From Selaginella moellendorffii (lineage: Eukaryota; Plantae; Lycopodiophyta), in contig NW_003314371.1 in assembly GCF_000143415.4 (NCBI RefSeq), forward strand, positions 327,380 through 391,379: a stretch of DNA of 64,000 nt, in the 5' to 3' direction. The notes under the pieces were generated by a model. The model was not told the DNA's origin and did no database searches. It saw nothing but the letters and a program-made list of their open reading frames with translations. A program made the translations under genes and the position numbers. Numbering within the stretch: position 1 is the stretch's first letter; each line of letters begins with the position of its first letter. Below are positions 1 through 12,876 of the stretch, piece by piece.

Positions 1-2827
1 TGATGACTTCGGCAATGCTCACAACGGTGCAGTGCGATCAGAAAGATGATCCACAAAACGACCAAGATATTGCACCTTGCCCAGGAAGCACTGCACATCA
101 TTCACACACTTCGGAGTAGGGAACTTTAGAACGGCTACGAGTTTGTCAGGATCAACTTGTAAACCCTCACGAGAAATACGGTACCCAAGATAAGTTGTGT
201 CTTTGGACCTAAACACACACTTCGACCGCTTCAGCTTTAAACCAACATCCCGTAACCAATCCAACACTTTACACACATCACGAATGTGCTCTGCCCACGT
301 CCCCTCCGAGTGAATCAAGACATCATTAATGAAGTCAGCAGTCACCTCTGGCATATCACAAAGAATTTCGTCCATCATCCGCTGGAAAGTTGCTGGAGCA
401 TTGTTCAAACCAAACGGCATCACCAAGAACTCGTTCAAACCAAACGGTGTACGAAAATCAGTCTTAGGAATATCTTCGTTGGCCATCGGTACTTGCCAGT
501 ACCCAGAAGCAAGATCTAGCTTGGTGAACCAACGACTTCGCCCCAGACGATCCAAAAAATCAACAGTGTGAAGAAGAGGGTACACATCTGGGATCGTCAC
601 TTCATTTAACAGACAATAGTCGATGTAGAAACGAATACTCCCATCAGGCTTTGTCACAAGATGAGGTTCACATGCCCAAGGACTCTGCGACTTCCGAATA
701 ACACCCTTCTCCAACATGTCCTTGATGTTTGCATATAAAATCTTGATCTCCTTGGGTGACCGACAATGAACAAGAACCTTGATTGGATGAGCATCCCCGG
801 CTGGAATGGGATGACGTGTGGCAATCTTGGCCCCAGACGATAGGTCAAATTCAAAGAAATCAAAATACTCCTTCATGAGCTGGTCAATAGCTGCAACACA
901 AAGATCATCAGAGGGATCGGAAAAGGGAAGAGCAGAACAAGATGGAAACACAAGAGGAAATAGTGGGGGAACAAAAGTAATGGAAGCAGAGGTAGAAGTA
1001 AAAGGACGAAGAGGTATGGAAATGAGAGGAATGAATGAAACATGAGGAAGTATGAAACAAGGGGGAGAAGCCTGAAAGTCACACTTGGCATGATTGCGCT
1101 GCAACCAATCCATACCAAGAATGAGGTCAAAAGCTTGACTCAGCACTACCTGCAACGACTGCAACTCAAGCTCGAGATCGCCCACATGCACAACCAGGTC
1201 CGCCTCATCTCGTGCACATGCATGGGTACGGCCGTTGCCATAAAGAATGAAAACTGGATCCGCCGCACGACGCAAGTGTAGACGACAACGTGTAGCAACA
1301 GGTCGAGCAATAGAAGATAAACTCGAACCTATATCAACCAACACAGAAAGAAGAATAGGAGACCTTGTGTTATAAAAATGAGCTTGGAAAGTAAACACTG
1401 GATGAACCGGTGCCGAGTGAACCCCTTGATGATACTCCCGAAAGAAAGATGGAGGGGTCACTAACTTATTCGCGCAAGGTCCCTCCGTTACTCGCGCGAC
1501 TCCTCATTTCCCGGATGCACCTCGGTATCCAAACCTTCCACCGCAGCAGCACCAACGGGACGTTGCTGACGCCAAGGTCTCCACCCAAGAAAGGGAGGTC
1601 GCCAATTCGGAAAGCGCCAACAACACCAATAAGTATGACCAACTTCATCACATGCCCAACAACAAACATCACGGCCACGACTATGTCCTCGCCCATGTCC
1701 TTGGACTCGAGTAGAGCAGCATCAACCTTCATTGGAACAGGACCATCACTCATAGGAAGGGGAGCGGAAGGATGTGTAGTGAGATGTGGAAGAGGCGACG
1801 TCTCATAACGTTGTGCCAAGCGAAGAGCATCGTCAAAGGTGGCAGGAGCAAGTGCATGCACAAGTCCGACAAGATCTTGATGAAGTGCTAGCCACAACGT
1901 TCCTAGCTTGATCCGCTCCGACATATTAGGCTCCGCACGAAGCAAAAGACTTCGGAAACGAACACCAAATTGCATCACCGACTTAGATGACCCTTGGCGA
2001 AGACGATGCAATTGTTGGAAGGCATCATCACAATCGTCGGCGTGTCCGAAGGCGCATTTGAAGACGTCCGGAAGAACACTCCAATCGCCACGAGTGGCTG
2101 TGCTCAATCCATTGTACCACTGCAACGCTGTCCCTTGGAGACATGTAGGGAACTCACACAAACGTCAAGCATCATCCCAAGAATGATATGTGGCAATTAT
2201 CGTGAAGTGATCGAACCAATGGTACACATCATCCCTAGGATTCCCACGAAAGAACTCCGGCCGAACGCGAGGATTGGCACCAAGAGCAGGAGGAGTTGGA
2301 CCACATGCCGTGAATGTTGCCATCAATTGAGTTTGGTTGTTCAATTGCAAGTGCATAGCATCAAGCAATTGAACCAACTGCTGCTTTAGAGTCAAAGGAG
2401 GAGATTGCGGATCGACCATAAAGATAAACGAAAAAGAAAGAGCAAAAAAAGAGAAATGACAAAAAACTGGAAAGAAATGGTAGATCTAGACAATGCAAAA
2501 AGCTAGATCTAAACCAAAATCTTGAAAGGAAAGAACAAAAAAAAAGAAATGGAAAAAGTTAGATTTAAACGATGCAAAAGCTAGATCTAAATTGAAATCC
2601 CAAATCCAAACACTCCCTAGGGACAATCAAAGGTGCCCCTCATCTTCACTAATGTGAGTGCATGGAATATGGAAAGGGAATACAGAAATGTGTATATCAA
2701 TTAGCCCAAAAACCCTAGTTTATATACAGGAGCGAGTGGTCCAGATTGAAACCAATCTGACAGCTACCAAAATCCCACTACGCTAATATTAGTATACGGC
2801 ATCGTAACCGTACACTTGGCCCTCACA
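1..2827 (-). mobile_element. Decayed Ty3/gypsy LTR retrotransposon (5' LTR, PBS, gag, protease, RT); runs off the left edge
   Basis: Gag-like ORFs 2165-2419 and 1466-2161 are split by a stop. A zinc knuckle CWACDEVGHTYWCC lies in a shifted frame near 1620-1665. Protease remnants (LVDIGS, DLILGMDWL) precede RT motifs (KLDLASGYWQV, MPFGLNNAPATFQR) in gypsy order; catalytic YxDD is decayed to FIND. Confidence 0.93.
2653..2827 (-). repeat. Putative 5' LTR (~175 bp)
   Basis: Bounded by inverted termini TGTGAG (2653) and CTCACA (2827), upstream of gag and next to a PBS-like sequence. The second LTR is outside the window. Confidence 0.65.
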
Positions 2828-3234
2828 TCTAATTAAATATGTATTTATGCCTAATACAAATATCTTCAATACCAATAAATATTTAACCTATTCTAATTCA
2901 TATAAAATATATTTTAAAACTTTTTGAATTGGTTTTTATAATCGTGGCCAATCTTGCCCAACTCAAAAACCTAGAGCTGTTACTATACTCCTATATTTCC
3001 AACTCAAAGAACACGATGAAGTGGCGTGGATGGCGCTCATCACTGGGTTTGCGCGGCAGAAAGATTGCAAGAGTGCAAGCTATGGCATGAAGGTTTACAC
3101 GATGGTTTAAGAGAAACTCTAGTAAAATGTGTTCGCCCAGCTTCAGCGTACCTTTCTTCTTTATTTCCTCGGCTTGAGACGACTTGGACAAGATCTTAAA
3201 GTCGGCAGAGTCCAAAAACTTCCAACACTTTTGC

Positions 3235-5249
3235 TCAACGCGGCATGTCCATGGAATTCAAGTAATCGCTACTTGTACTCGTTGAGGAGCTCATTACCTG
3301 GCCAAAGTGAAAGGGAGCTTGAGTGGGAAGAGCGCCAATCTCGAGATATCCCAGCAACATGGCCACAACGTCACTCATTGTTGGTCGAGCTTCCTCATGT
3401 TCTTGCGTACACAGCATGGCAACACGGAGCAGCCTAGAAACCTCGTCCACCGCGTAGTCACCGCCCAGCCTCTTGTCAATGCATTCGCTCATCCTGTTTG
3501 CCATGACAAGTTTCCAAGACTGCAGCCATGACAGCATTGGTTATCGGTTCTAATTTGATCGACTTACCAGTTGAAGTAAGAGCTCTTCTTCGGCTGGCAA
3601 TGCCGGATCCACGCACTTTCTGCCGCTGGCGATCTCCAGGACGAGGATTCCATAGCTGAAGACATCGGCTTTGGCCGTCAATCGCCCTCGACTTGTGTAC
3701 TCGGGTGCCATGTATCCACTAGAAGAATGGCGTGAGTTTCGTCCAGACTGTGGAAGGAAGAGGAGATCAAACTTACAGTGTGCCGGCCACCTTTGTGCTC
3801 GTGAAGCCGAAGCCTTTGTCCAAGTCGAAGAGCTTTGATATCCCAAAGTCGGAGATCTTTGGCTGCAGCTTGTCGTCCAAGAGGATGTTGCTGGCTTTGA
3901 TGTCTCTGTGGATAACCTGGACATGGGACTCCTCGTGCAAGTAAGCAAGACCACGAGCTATCCCAATGGCGATTTGAAAGCGTGACTGCCAGTCAAGGAA
4001 CGCATTTGATTCAGAACCTGCGGATAAAGCTTATCGTTAGAAAGAATGGAGAGAAACAAGGATTATTACTGAAGAGTGCTCGGTCAAGGCTGCCTTTGTT
4101 GAGGAACTCGTAGACGAGCAGCCTTTCATCTGCCTCAACACAATAGCCTTTGAGCCTTACAAGATTTCGGTGCTGAATTCCCGTGATAATGGTGATCTCG
4201 TTCACGAACTCTCTTTTGCCTTGGTTAGACTGCAAGGAGAGCTTCTTCACTGCTACTTGCGAGCCATTGTTTAAGGTGGCCTACAAGAAACAGGATAGTT
4301 CTAGGCGTGCAACTTCACAGAATAAAGAACTAACCTTGTAAACAGTTCCAAATCCACCTTGTCCAAGCTTGTTCCTCTTGCTGAAGCTATCAGTGGCTAG
4401 AGACAAATCCTGGTACGTGAACACAACAGGACCCTCAATGCTTCCTGTTGTCAACGAAGCAAACCACGTCAAAAACGGGAAGAACACTCGAGAGAAAACA
4501 ACACTTACTTTGGATGTCGGCATCGTCTCCACGCCTGTGGCGCCCAACCAACTTGGTATGCATCCTCCATCTCCATATGGCAAAGCCAGCAACACCCAAG
4601 AGCAAACAAAGCCCCACTGCTCCTCCCACGAGTCCCCATCGCCACACTAGAGCTCTATTGTCTCTAGAAGAGGAACTGGATGCTTGAGCCGGAGGAGAAG
4701 AACTTAACGGAGGTATTGGAGCTGGCGCAGGAGCTGAAACATTTGGACCCAGCACCCCCAAGACACCTAAATTTCTCATGTGAGATGCATCCTCCCTTAT
4801 AGAAACTTACTCATATTGACCAGCTCGGCAGTAAAGTTGTAGTTCTCGAATCTCAAGCGGCAGCGATTGGAGGTGTCGTTGGTCCAAAGCACGCCACCCA
4901 CGGCAAGAGGAGCCACTTGCCGGAACTCATTGTAGGTCTGCTGGATGCACGAGGCGCAGTTTGTCTGATCCGACATGTTGTAGCAGCCAGTGTGGCCGTA
5001 AGCGGTGTCGGGGAAATCGCCATAGCCAAGGCATGACGCGAATCCATTGGGAGGATTGTGTTCGTAGAGGAACTGCATGACCGTCTCCACATTCTTCTGG
5101 AACTGGCTCCCTTGGGTGGTCTTGCGGGTGTTGTAAGCCGCGACACCAGGTCTGGCGTCGCTTCTTCGCTCGTCGGGTGGAATGCCTTGCGCTGCCGAGC
5201 GATCGAGCAAGAACAGGGGGATCATCCATAGCAAGCTCAAGAGCGCCAT
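3235..5249 (-). CDS. Single-DUF26 cysteine-rich receptor-like kinase (multi-exon)
   Basis: Signal peptide, one DUF26 motif C-X8-C-X2-C ([13 protein letters not shown]), Pro/Ser linker and TM helix. Kinase motifs [29 protein letters not shown] and DVFSYG are spread over GT-AG exons; stop at 3235. Confidence 0.92.
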
Positions 5250-5359
5250 TGCCGTGCTTCACGCGGCTGAGCCAAAGAGAGTATGTCAAGTCCAAAGCTG
5301 GTCAAGTCACACTCTAGCTGGTCAAAGTCATGCTTATCACATCGTTTTCAGCTTTTTTC

Positions 5360-5362
<3 letters not shown>

Positions 5363-5402
<40 letters not shown>
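5363..5402. repeat. (AG)20 microsatellite upstream of the CRK
   Basis: Direct dinucleotide run. Confidence 0.97.
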
Positions 5403-5405
<3 letters not shown>

Positions 5406-5747
5406 CAAGAAGCAAAGATTGCAAGGAAGCTCGATTACCTTTAGTTATATAAGTACACAGCAAAGTATAAAAATTCCCAGTGCATATCCCGGGTAGCATC
5501 ACAAAAGGTGCCCGAATTTTTTCCCATCTTATAAAAAATATCAGCCTCCTCTCCCTCCACCGCCATAGCCTTTTTCTGCCACTTTGTACACCGAAACCTG
5601 TAATTTTCGTAGTCCTCACGTACACACCATAAACCACACGAGATCATCAGCCAGGCAAAGAGCTCGACGATTACCCCCCAGTTTTTCGCGTCTCGACAAT
5701 CACCGCCGCGTCCCGAGGGGAGCGCTCGAAGCTTTCCCCGGATCCGT

Positions 5748-6257
5748 CTAGACCGCATGGGGAAGGAGCCTCTCGCAGGTCCGAGCCAGCGACTGGAGAT
5801 TGCAGCGCACCACCGTGTTGGTGAAAGTGAGCGTGTCCTCCCGGGTGTTCCCGTCCGGGATCTCCACCACGTACGACTCCATCACCAGCGTCCCCGGCCG
5901 GTCCTGGACCAGCGTCTCGTGCAGCGTCGTGATGGACCTGTAGTTCCTGAGCCTGTGGTCGCCATCCAGCACCTTGAAGCTCAGTATGTGCTTGTCCTCG
6001 TCCAGGATCTCCAGCTGCTCCTTGCTCGTCGTCGCGGGAAGCCCCGACACCACCGTGATCTCCCGGGTGCTCCCCACTTTGAGGTCGCCCTGCGTGGAGC
6101 AGCTGCGTATGAATCGCTTGTAGCACTGCGGCTGGTCGAACCGGCGAACCACTGACCAGACCACCTCCACCGGCGCTCGGACCTCCTGCACCAGCACGGA
6201 GCAGCACTCGTTGGAAGCCGGCTCGTGAGTGTGGTGCTCGCCCACAGCCTCCTCCAT
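5748..6257 (-). CDS. PYL: PYR/PYL/RCAR abscisic acid receptor
   Basis: START-fold signature VWSVVRRFDQPQCYKRFI, gate SGLPA, latch HRL, ESYVVEIPDGNT and NLQSLA. The first in-frame ATG is at 6257; an upstream exon is not excluded. Confidence 0.95.
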   Translation of the reverse strand: MEEAVGEHHTHEPASNECCSVLVQEVRAPVEVVWSVVRRFDQPQCYKRFIRSCSTQGDLKVGSTREITVVSGLPATTSKEQLEILDEDKHILSFKVLDGDHRLRNYRSITTLHETLVQDRPGTLVMESYVVEIPDGNTREDTLTFTNTVVRCNLQSLARTCERLLPHAV

Positions 6258-6680
6258 TCTAGCGCTCTCCCGCTCCAACTCTTCTATCCATTCTCCTGTA
6301 GAGGGCGCAACAGTTTCCTGCCAGCGGAGGAAATCAAGCGCGCGCGCGCGCCCCTTGCTTGTCAGGCCCCGCAATTCACAATGCAAAACAGATCACACAG
6401 GAATGGATCTTTTCACTCTCTTCTAGCCACCGCCCTAGCAAGCAGCTACCAGCAAGCAGCAATGGCATGAAATTCTGGCAATGCGCTGCTTACCTTGCAC
6501 ATACCAGCTGCTGGAGAAGATCCTAGCGACGAAATTGCGCGGCCAGCAGTGACTTTCACTCCCGCGAGACCATGTCAGAGCCAAAAACCCTAGATAGCAA
6601 ATCCACCGACCATATCTATCTGGGAATATGCCGCGGGCATCTCCTTGTCCGTACGATGCGCATTAGGGCGAGCGCGGGCG

Positions 6681-8615
6681 ATGGCGGCCAGCAGCAGCAG
6701 CAGCAGCGGCAGCAGCGATGGCGGCGGCGCCAGCGGCAGGCGCGCCATCACCAGCATCGTCGACGACCAGGGCGTGTACAGCTCCCGGTGTGGCTACTGC
6801 AAATCCGGGCGGACGAGCAGCGTAGCTCACGGTGAGCGAAGTATGTGTGCTGTGGCTGGTCTTGACTGGGAATTATGCGTGCTTCTTGGCAGGAATGGCC
6901 GCTCGCAGGCTTCACGTGAACGATTATCAAGGTATCTCTGTGATCTCTTCCTCTCGATTGGTGAAAGTTCTGTTTTTTTTTTCTTCTCCAGAGCTGCTGG
7001 ATCGAGGGTGGAGACGATCTGGAAGTTTTCTCTATAAACCCGAGGGAAGGACGTGCTGTCCTCCCTACACCATTCGGCTCAAAGTGGACGCGTTCGTTCC
7101 TTCCAAGGAGCAAATCCGTGTAAGACGTCGCATGAACAGGCAAGAACTAGAACTTTATCGGTCTTTCACGCGCACTTTTGACGATCTATTCTATCACAAG
7201 CAGGTATCTAGAAGGCGACTGCATTGGAAAAGATGATGATGCCTCCAAGGGAACTATCAGTGGAATGGAGACTGGGAAAGAAGAGGATGGAGTCTCCGCG
7301 GCCCTTGTAGATAGCTTGAAGGCAGCGATAAGAGATTGGATGGTGGATGCCGGTGTTGGCTCGGACTTCCAGGTTCCGGATGTTGGAGTTCGCAGGATAT
7401 CGGAGAAGGTTAGACAAAAGCTCCAGGAGGACAGCACTTCTGAGTGGGAAGCGAGCTACACGAGCAACGCTGCGTTTTTAGTGGCATCAGCCTTGAAGAA
7501 GAGGCGCAATTTAGATGGTGGTCAGCTAGCTATGGAGGTGGTACCGGCGGACTTGGCTTCTCAGCTGGCAGCGAAGCTCTCGGCTCAACAGCTGAGCGGT
7601 GTAGTTGTCAAGGCTTGCAAGGGTCACGTCAACTTTTATCTCTCGAGCTCAGCCAAGGGGAAATCTTCTGTGGCTGCCATCCATGGCGAAACAAAAGCTG
7701 GCCATGGAGATGGAGAAGCTCCGGTACACAGGGTGAAGCGGACTTTGGAGGTGCGAATGCAAAGGTCGGCATTTGATCGTGAATCGTTTGAGCTTTACAA
7801 GAAATACCAGGTTCTTGTCCACAACGACAAGCAGGTCCTGGAATCGTCGTATCGAAGATTTCTGGTGGATTCTCCATTAGTTCCTTTTCAAAGTGCCTCC
7901 ACTAGCTATGGCTCTTTCCATCAGCAGTACAGAATCGATGGACGCCTTGTTGCTGTGGGGGTTGTCGACATTCTTCCAAAGTGCCTTTCCAGCAAGTATT
8001 TGTTTTGGGATCCCGACTTTGCCTTTCTTTCTCTGGGAAAGTTTTCGGCCTTGCAGGAGATCGAGTGGGTTAAAGCTGCCGCCGAGCCATCGTTACAGTA
8101 TTATTATCTCGGTTACTACATACACTCCTGTCCAAAGATGCGCTACAAGGCGGCCTACGCGCCAGCGGAGCTTCTCTGTCCTTTGACTCTAAAGTAAGCT
8201 TTCAAGTTTTACCGCAAAGTAAGAAACTAATGTGTGCTCGATAGATGGATACCCTTTGATATTGCTCGTCCACTTGTGGAAACCGGGGCCTTTGTTCGAC
8301 TTTCAGGCGAGAACAAACAAGCCGATATCACAAGCAACGGCACCGAAGCTCTCGAGCTACACGAGACTCCCAAGAACCTCGGTGAAGTTCCCATTCTTCT
8401 CTACAGCAGCGCTCGATGCATCTTACTCAAGGTATCATCTTTTTCTTTCAATTCCCATTTAGTCTCGGATGGTTTCGATACACCAGGATTTGGAACTAGC
8501 AGCTCCAAAGCGCTTCATTGAAGGACTGAAGTGGCAACTGTTGCAGTATTGGCAGCTTGTTGGGGAGGGCCTCGCATCTCGAATGGCGTACGCCATCCAG
8601 TCCAAGTTTTCCTGA
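6681..8615 (+). CDS. ATE1: Arginyl-tRNA--protein transferase (N-degron pathway), 6 exons
   Basis: CGYC, LLDRGWRRSG, TCCPPYTIRL, YGSFHQQYRIDG, SKYLFWDPD and YYYLGYYIHSCPKMRYK; the last exon ends LASRMAYAIQSKFS*. Confidence 0.95.
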
Positions 8616-8666
8616 CTGAAAACGACTTACATGTACAGCCACTATTTGTATTTTCCGATTCGATTC

Positions 8667-9979
8667 TCATAAAGCAGCACGCTTGCGAGACGAGTTCATG
8701 TATGGCCGGATGACCCACTCGTTCTGTGCCTCGACTTGGTCCACCGTTCCCAGCTTGATTTGATACAGCCGCAGCTCGAAGCGCGGTCCTACCTCTTTGA
8801 GCTCGATGGATTTGACGCCCCCCTGCTTTTCGTAGACGTGGTGCCTGCGAATCAAACAACAAAACGTGCTGGCTTCAGACAGGAAGAATGCGGAGGTGGA
8901 ATGTACCTGAAAGAGATGTAGTCCTGCTGGTTTGCGAATGTGATTAAACGCTTCGAGTCCGGCTTCGGGACTGGGAAGAGGTATTTGAGTATGTTTGAAG
9001 TTCTCATTCCCAGCTGGAAGAGAGACAAAAAGTCAGAAACGAAAACGGATAAAGACGAAGAAAACTTGCACCTTGGTGTTGAAGTTATTGAGTATTAGAT
9101 GTGGATATGCTTCAGACATTGTTCCCAGGCCTTTCTTGTCCTTGATATCGTGCCTCGTTACCTGCAGAATGGCTCATTAATCAGCTTGGTTCCTAGAAAC
9201 TTCAAGAAAAAAACTCCAAACACTTTCACTCACCACATTCATGAGACCGAAATACGCAGTCGGACCATACGGGAGATGGCAGACGATCAAGCCATCTGGC
9301 TCTCCTCTGTGTTCATGAACCATGATTATGTCGGTAAAATCGTGAGCTCGACAAGATTCCACGATCTCTGCAATCACCTGTCCAAAAAAGCTTAGTTTCT
9401 ACGGGGAAAAGCGTGAATGGCGAACCTGTCCTCCACGGTTCATCCTTTGCGCATTTGGAAAGACGATCTTTAGTTCCTGTAAACAACCGGCCAGAACAGT
9501 TTTCCTAGACTCATGGTAACACCTCAAGCTACCTTGACAAACTGCGTAAGTCGACTGCTAGGATCGCGGGAAGTGGTCAGGAGAATTTTCGGATCAACCT
9601 CTCCAGCATAAGCGTACTCATCATCGACGTGCGTAGTAGGCTCTGAAACACGAATACACACACCCCCATTCACTAAACAATCTCGACGACGCAAAAACGT
9701 AAGAAAGAACCTGCCGTGTTCTCATCCTCGAGGTCGATTTCCTGCCTCAAAGACGCCTCATCGTTCCGCAACTCAGTCGGCAAGGGCTTCCCTTCTACAA
9801 AAGCACAAAAGAAAAAGAAAAAGAAAAGAAACGCTGCTCATCTCCTCGCAAAAAGAGATTCTCGTACCTTGCAGCGCTTGCTTGATCTTGCGCTTCTTCT
9901 CGTACACCTCGCGCTCCTTGCCCTCCAAGCTCTTGCGATACAGATACTCCCGCCGGAGACGGGCATTCCGCCGGATCAT
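8667..9979 (-). CDS. IMP4: U3 snoRNP protein IMP4 (Brix domain), multi-exon
   Basis: MIRRNARLRREYLYRKSLE, HEHRGEPDGLIVCHLPYGPTAYF and IELKEVGPRFELRLYQIKLGT. Confidence 0.95.
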
Positions 9980-10486
9980 CGCCCCCAAGAGCCCTAGCAA
10001 AAGCCCTAAATCCCAGCACGGAATATTCCAGGCAGCATCACCGAATATTCGTAAAACGCCCTTTCGGAAAAGGTGAAAAGTAAAGAAAAGAAAAGATTGC
10101 CACGAAGGCAATGTGATTCATGCAACGCAGGTGGGCGCAAAAATATCAACGTGTGACATGGCGCGAGTGGCCATTCTCGCGCTGCCACGAAGCCGCCACC
10201 GTCCATGCTCCGCGTTGGACCCGGGGCATCTCCACGCGAATATGCTTCGCCCTCATGTCCAGTGTCGCGTTGCGCCATGCTGGGGCGTATCCCGGATTCC
10301 AGCTGGGACCCTTCGCCTCCTTCTCCACACATTGCCCCGCGCTATTGATATTTTTTTCTACCAGGCCTTACTTAAGCTACCACCCATTCTTCTCTCTCTC
10401 ACTCCACTCCGTCTCTCTCGCTCGCTCCGCTCGAGGAGGAGGGAATCTGATCGAGAGAGCGGATAGAGGGAGAGGACCGAGGAGAA

Positions 10487-11359
10487 ATGGCAGCAACAGT
10501 AGCCAGCACCGGCGCTGCTTCGTCCTCTTCTTCTTCGTGTCCTTCTTCTTCTTTTTCGAATTCCTGTTCTAGAGCTCTTCCCAGATCCACCATCGTGAGG
10601 ATGAGGACGAGGGCGGTCGAGTGCTGCGCGTCCTCGAGAAAATCCGCCGCGGTTGGGTCGAGCGTGCGCTGCCCAATCTCAGCTCCGGTGCCGTCCCGAT
10701 TCGTCCTTCCGCCGCAGATGATTCCAATTCCGGTGGTGATCGAGGTAACGTCTCGGAAGCTATGTCTTGTTCGTTGAGTTCCGTGCTCATGTCGGTGTGC
10801 GTGGTTTGTCGGTGGTGGCTCAGGTTGATCAAGACGAGGAGGACGAGCTCACTTTCCTGGATTACGACGACGACAATGAAGAGAAGAGGAAGTCTCCTTG
10901 GCTCACGTCTCAGTACTTGAGCTTAAGGCTGCGATGTTCCTCGTAAGTTTTCTCTCTCGGCAGGCTCTTGGATTGGAGCTCACAAACGAGTGCTCTGTCT
11001 AGGTTGATGATGAAGGAAGCGAAGGATGCTCTCAGTCGCCACTTCAAGGGACGAGAGCCGACCGTCTCCGTGAACTCCATGCTCAACACCACCGCTGACA
11101 AAGTCTCGAGTTCTTCCGCCGGTAGCAACAAGAGAGCAACCGACAAGGTAGGAGTTTTCGCATTTGATCGATCTTTTCTCGTCAGTGCCCCTGACTGACT
11201 TGAATTGCTCGAAAAACTTTCCAGAACCGCCACCTCCAGCTGAATCTCATCAGCGAAAGCTACCACGGGGATACCGTTAAGTTCATCACGGATGTGGTTC
11301 TTTCCGACGAGCAGGGAGGTTACTTTGGAGACCGGGCCGTCAACTCCACCGTTGCTTGA
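10487..11359 (+). CDS. Hypothetical 218-aa protein with transit-peptide-like N-terminus (exons 10487-10744, 10824-10942, 11003-11147, 11225-11359)
   Basis: Three canonical GT-AG introns join four exons in frame without stops; Ser/Ala-rich MAATVAS... N-terminus. No family recognised. Confidence 0.6.
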
Positions 11360-12810
11360 GGATCGAGCTTGGGAAAAAGTGAGAATCTTCCTCTTCTTCA
11401 TCCTCATCGAAAGGATAGAACACAATGGTGGAAGCGTTTTGCTAGGCCCTGCTTCTACACTCCCATCCTGATCTGATGAACACCGGAACTTGGATGATCT
11501 GTGCGAGGATGATCTGCTGCCTGGAAACTCTATTAAAAGCTTGGATCAAGAGAAAAATACGACTTTCGAGGATACATGATCGCGGCAGAGCACAGTTGGA
11601 TCGTCGTCGTCTTGCTCCGGAAAAAAAGATAGAAAAGAGAATGCTGAGCTCGAGATGGCTGTAAAATAATAAGCGGAGGAGAAGAAACTAGAGAATAGAA
11701 TACTCTCTCATATCACTCTCACTTGTTAGTGTGTGTCGAGTGATTGCCCACAATGTCAGGAATAATTCGAAGGCAATCACCAACAGGAATCCGGGATAAC
11801 ATCGAAAACGGTTGACAGTGCTGGTCTCGAGATCTCCGGATGAGAGAAGGGAAATGCAAAGACGAATGTTCAAAGTGGAAGTCCAATTGAGGAGTCCAGC
11901 TCCATCGCAGTTCATGGCCTGTCAGTGAAGATTCCATCCTCTTTGAGCACGTAACTGTTGCAAAACAGCCAAGAAGTTGGGAAAAGATAAGACAGGAATC
12001 ACGCCCATGCTCCACGGATGGATGGATCCGTCCAGCTATTGTTTTAGCCAAAGCAAAGTATTTGATGGTTTGATCGTTAACCAGAAGCTCGACTACGGAG
12101 GTTCTTTCCACCACAAGAACTCGGTAGTAAAGTTGCAATGTAGCAAAAGCCAAAGGTTGTCGCTGGCACGAGATGCCTGGCGAATCGAGTAAAGTTCTGG
12201 CCCTGCACGTCTGTTCGAAAGCTCGCAAGAGACGAATAGAGGTGGCTATTCTTCTTCAAGAGATTCCCAAACTGTTTTGTTTGGTGTCCCGCTGAGCAAC
12301 AGAGGGATCCGCGCTCTCGCCTGCTTGTTTGCGTGAGGCGGTTCTTTGTACATGATTCTAGCATCAAGTTGCCATTGATCGTGCAAAGTACTTCCAAGTG
12401 TGGTCCTTGTGAGCGAATGAAGGATGGAAACTCGTACAAGCCTCTCCACCATTGTTCTCGAGAGAGCATACATTAAGAAACGGTCAGAATTCCAGTATTT
12501 CTCCTCAGACCGCTGTCCTTCGGAATGTCGACAGCTTACCATTCTTCTTGCAACAGATCTAACTTGAAAGCTCATCTATGAAAACTCAAGGGGAACATGA
12601 ATTTAAACTCACCAACAGTGCACACAACTCCAAAACACGTAGACTATCCCGCACAAAAACCATGGAGCCTCAGTGCCGATTGCTCTTCAAGCTACCCAAG
12701 TGCCACTAATTCTGGCGGCCGAATGCTGGCTTTATTGAGGAAGTGTTCAACGAAGTTCTATCCATAATTCGAGTGATAGATGCGAGTTGAGCTTAATTTC
12801 ACGTCAGTCT

Positions 12811-12876
12811 TTGACTCAGTGGAGTCAATAAATGTCAAAGAAGGTCTTCAGAAGACTGGATTGACTACTATTGACT
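12811..12876. promoter_or_regulatory. Cluster of four W-box cores (TTGACT/AGTCAA) upstream of the second CRK
   Basis: TTGACT at 12811, 12861 and 12871; AGTCAA at 12823; TATAAAA at 13266. Confidence 0.5.

Noticed and set aside
10910-11425. 171-aa minus-strand ORF
   Set aside because: Antisense to the better-supported spliced plus-strand gene; non-ATG start.
11600-12760. Several 70-170 aa ORFs on both strands
   Set aside because: No recognisable motifs, and I could not build a consistent spliced model; possibly a decayed gene or TE. Left unannotated.
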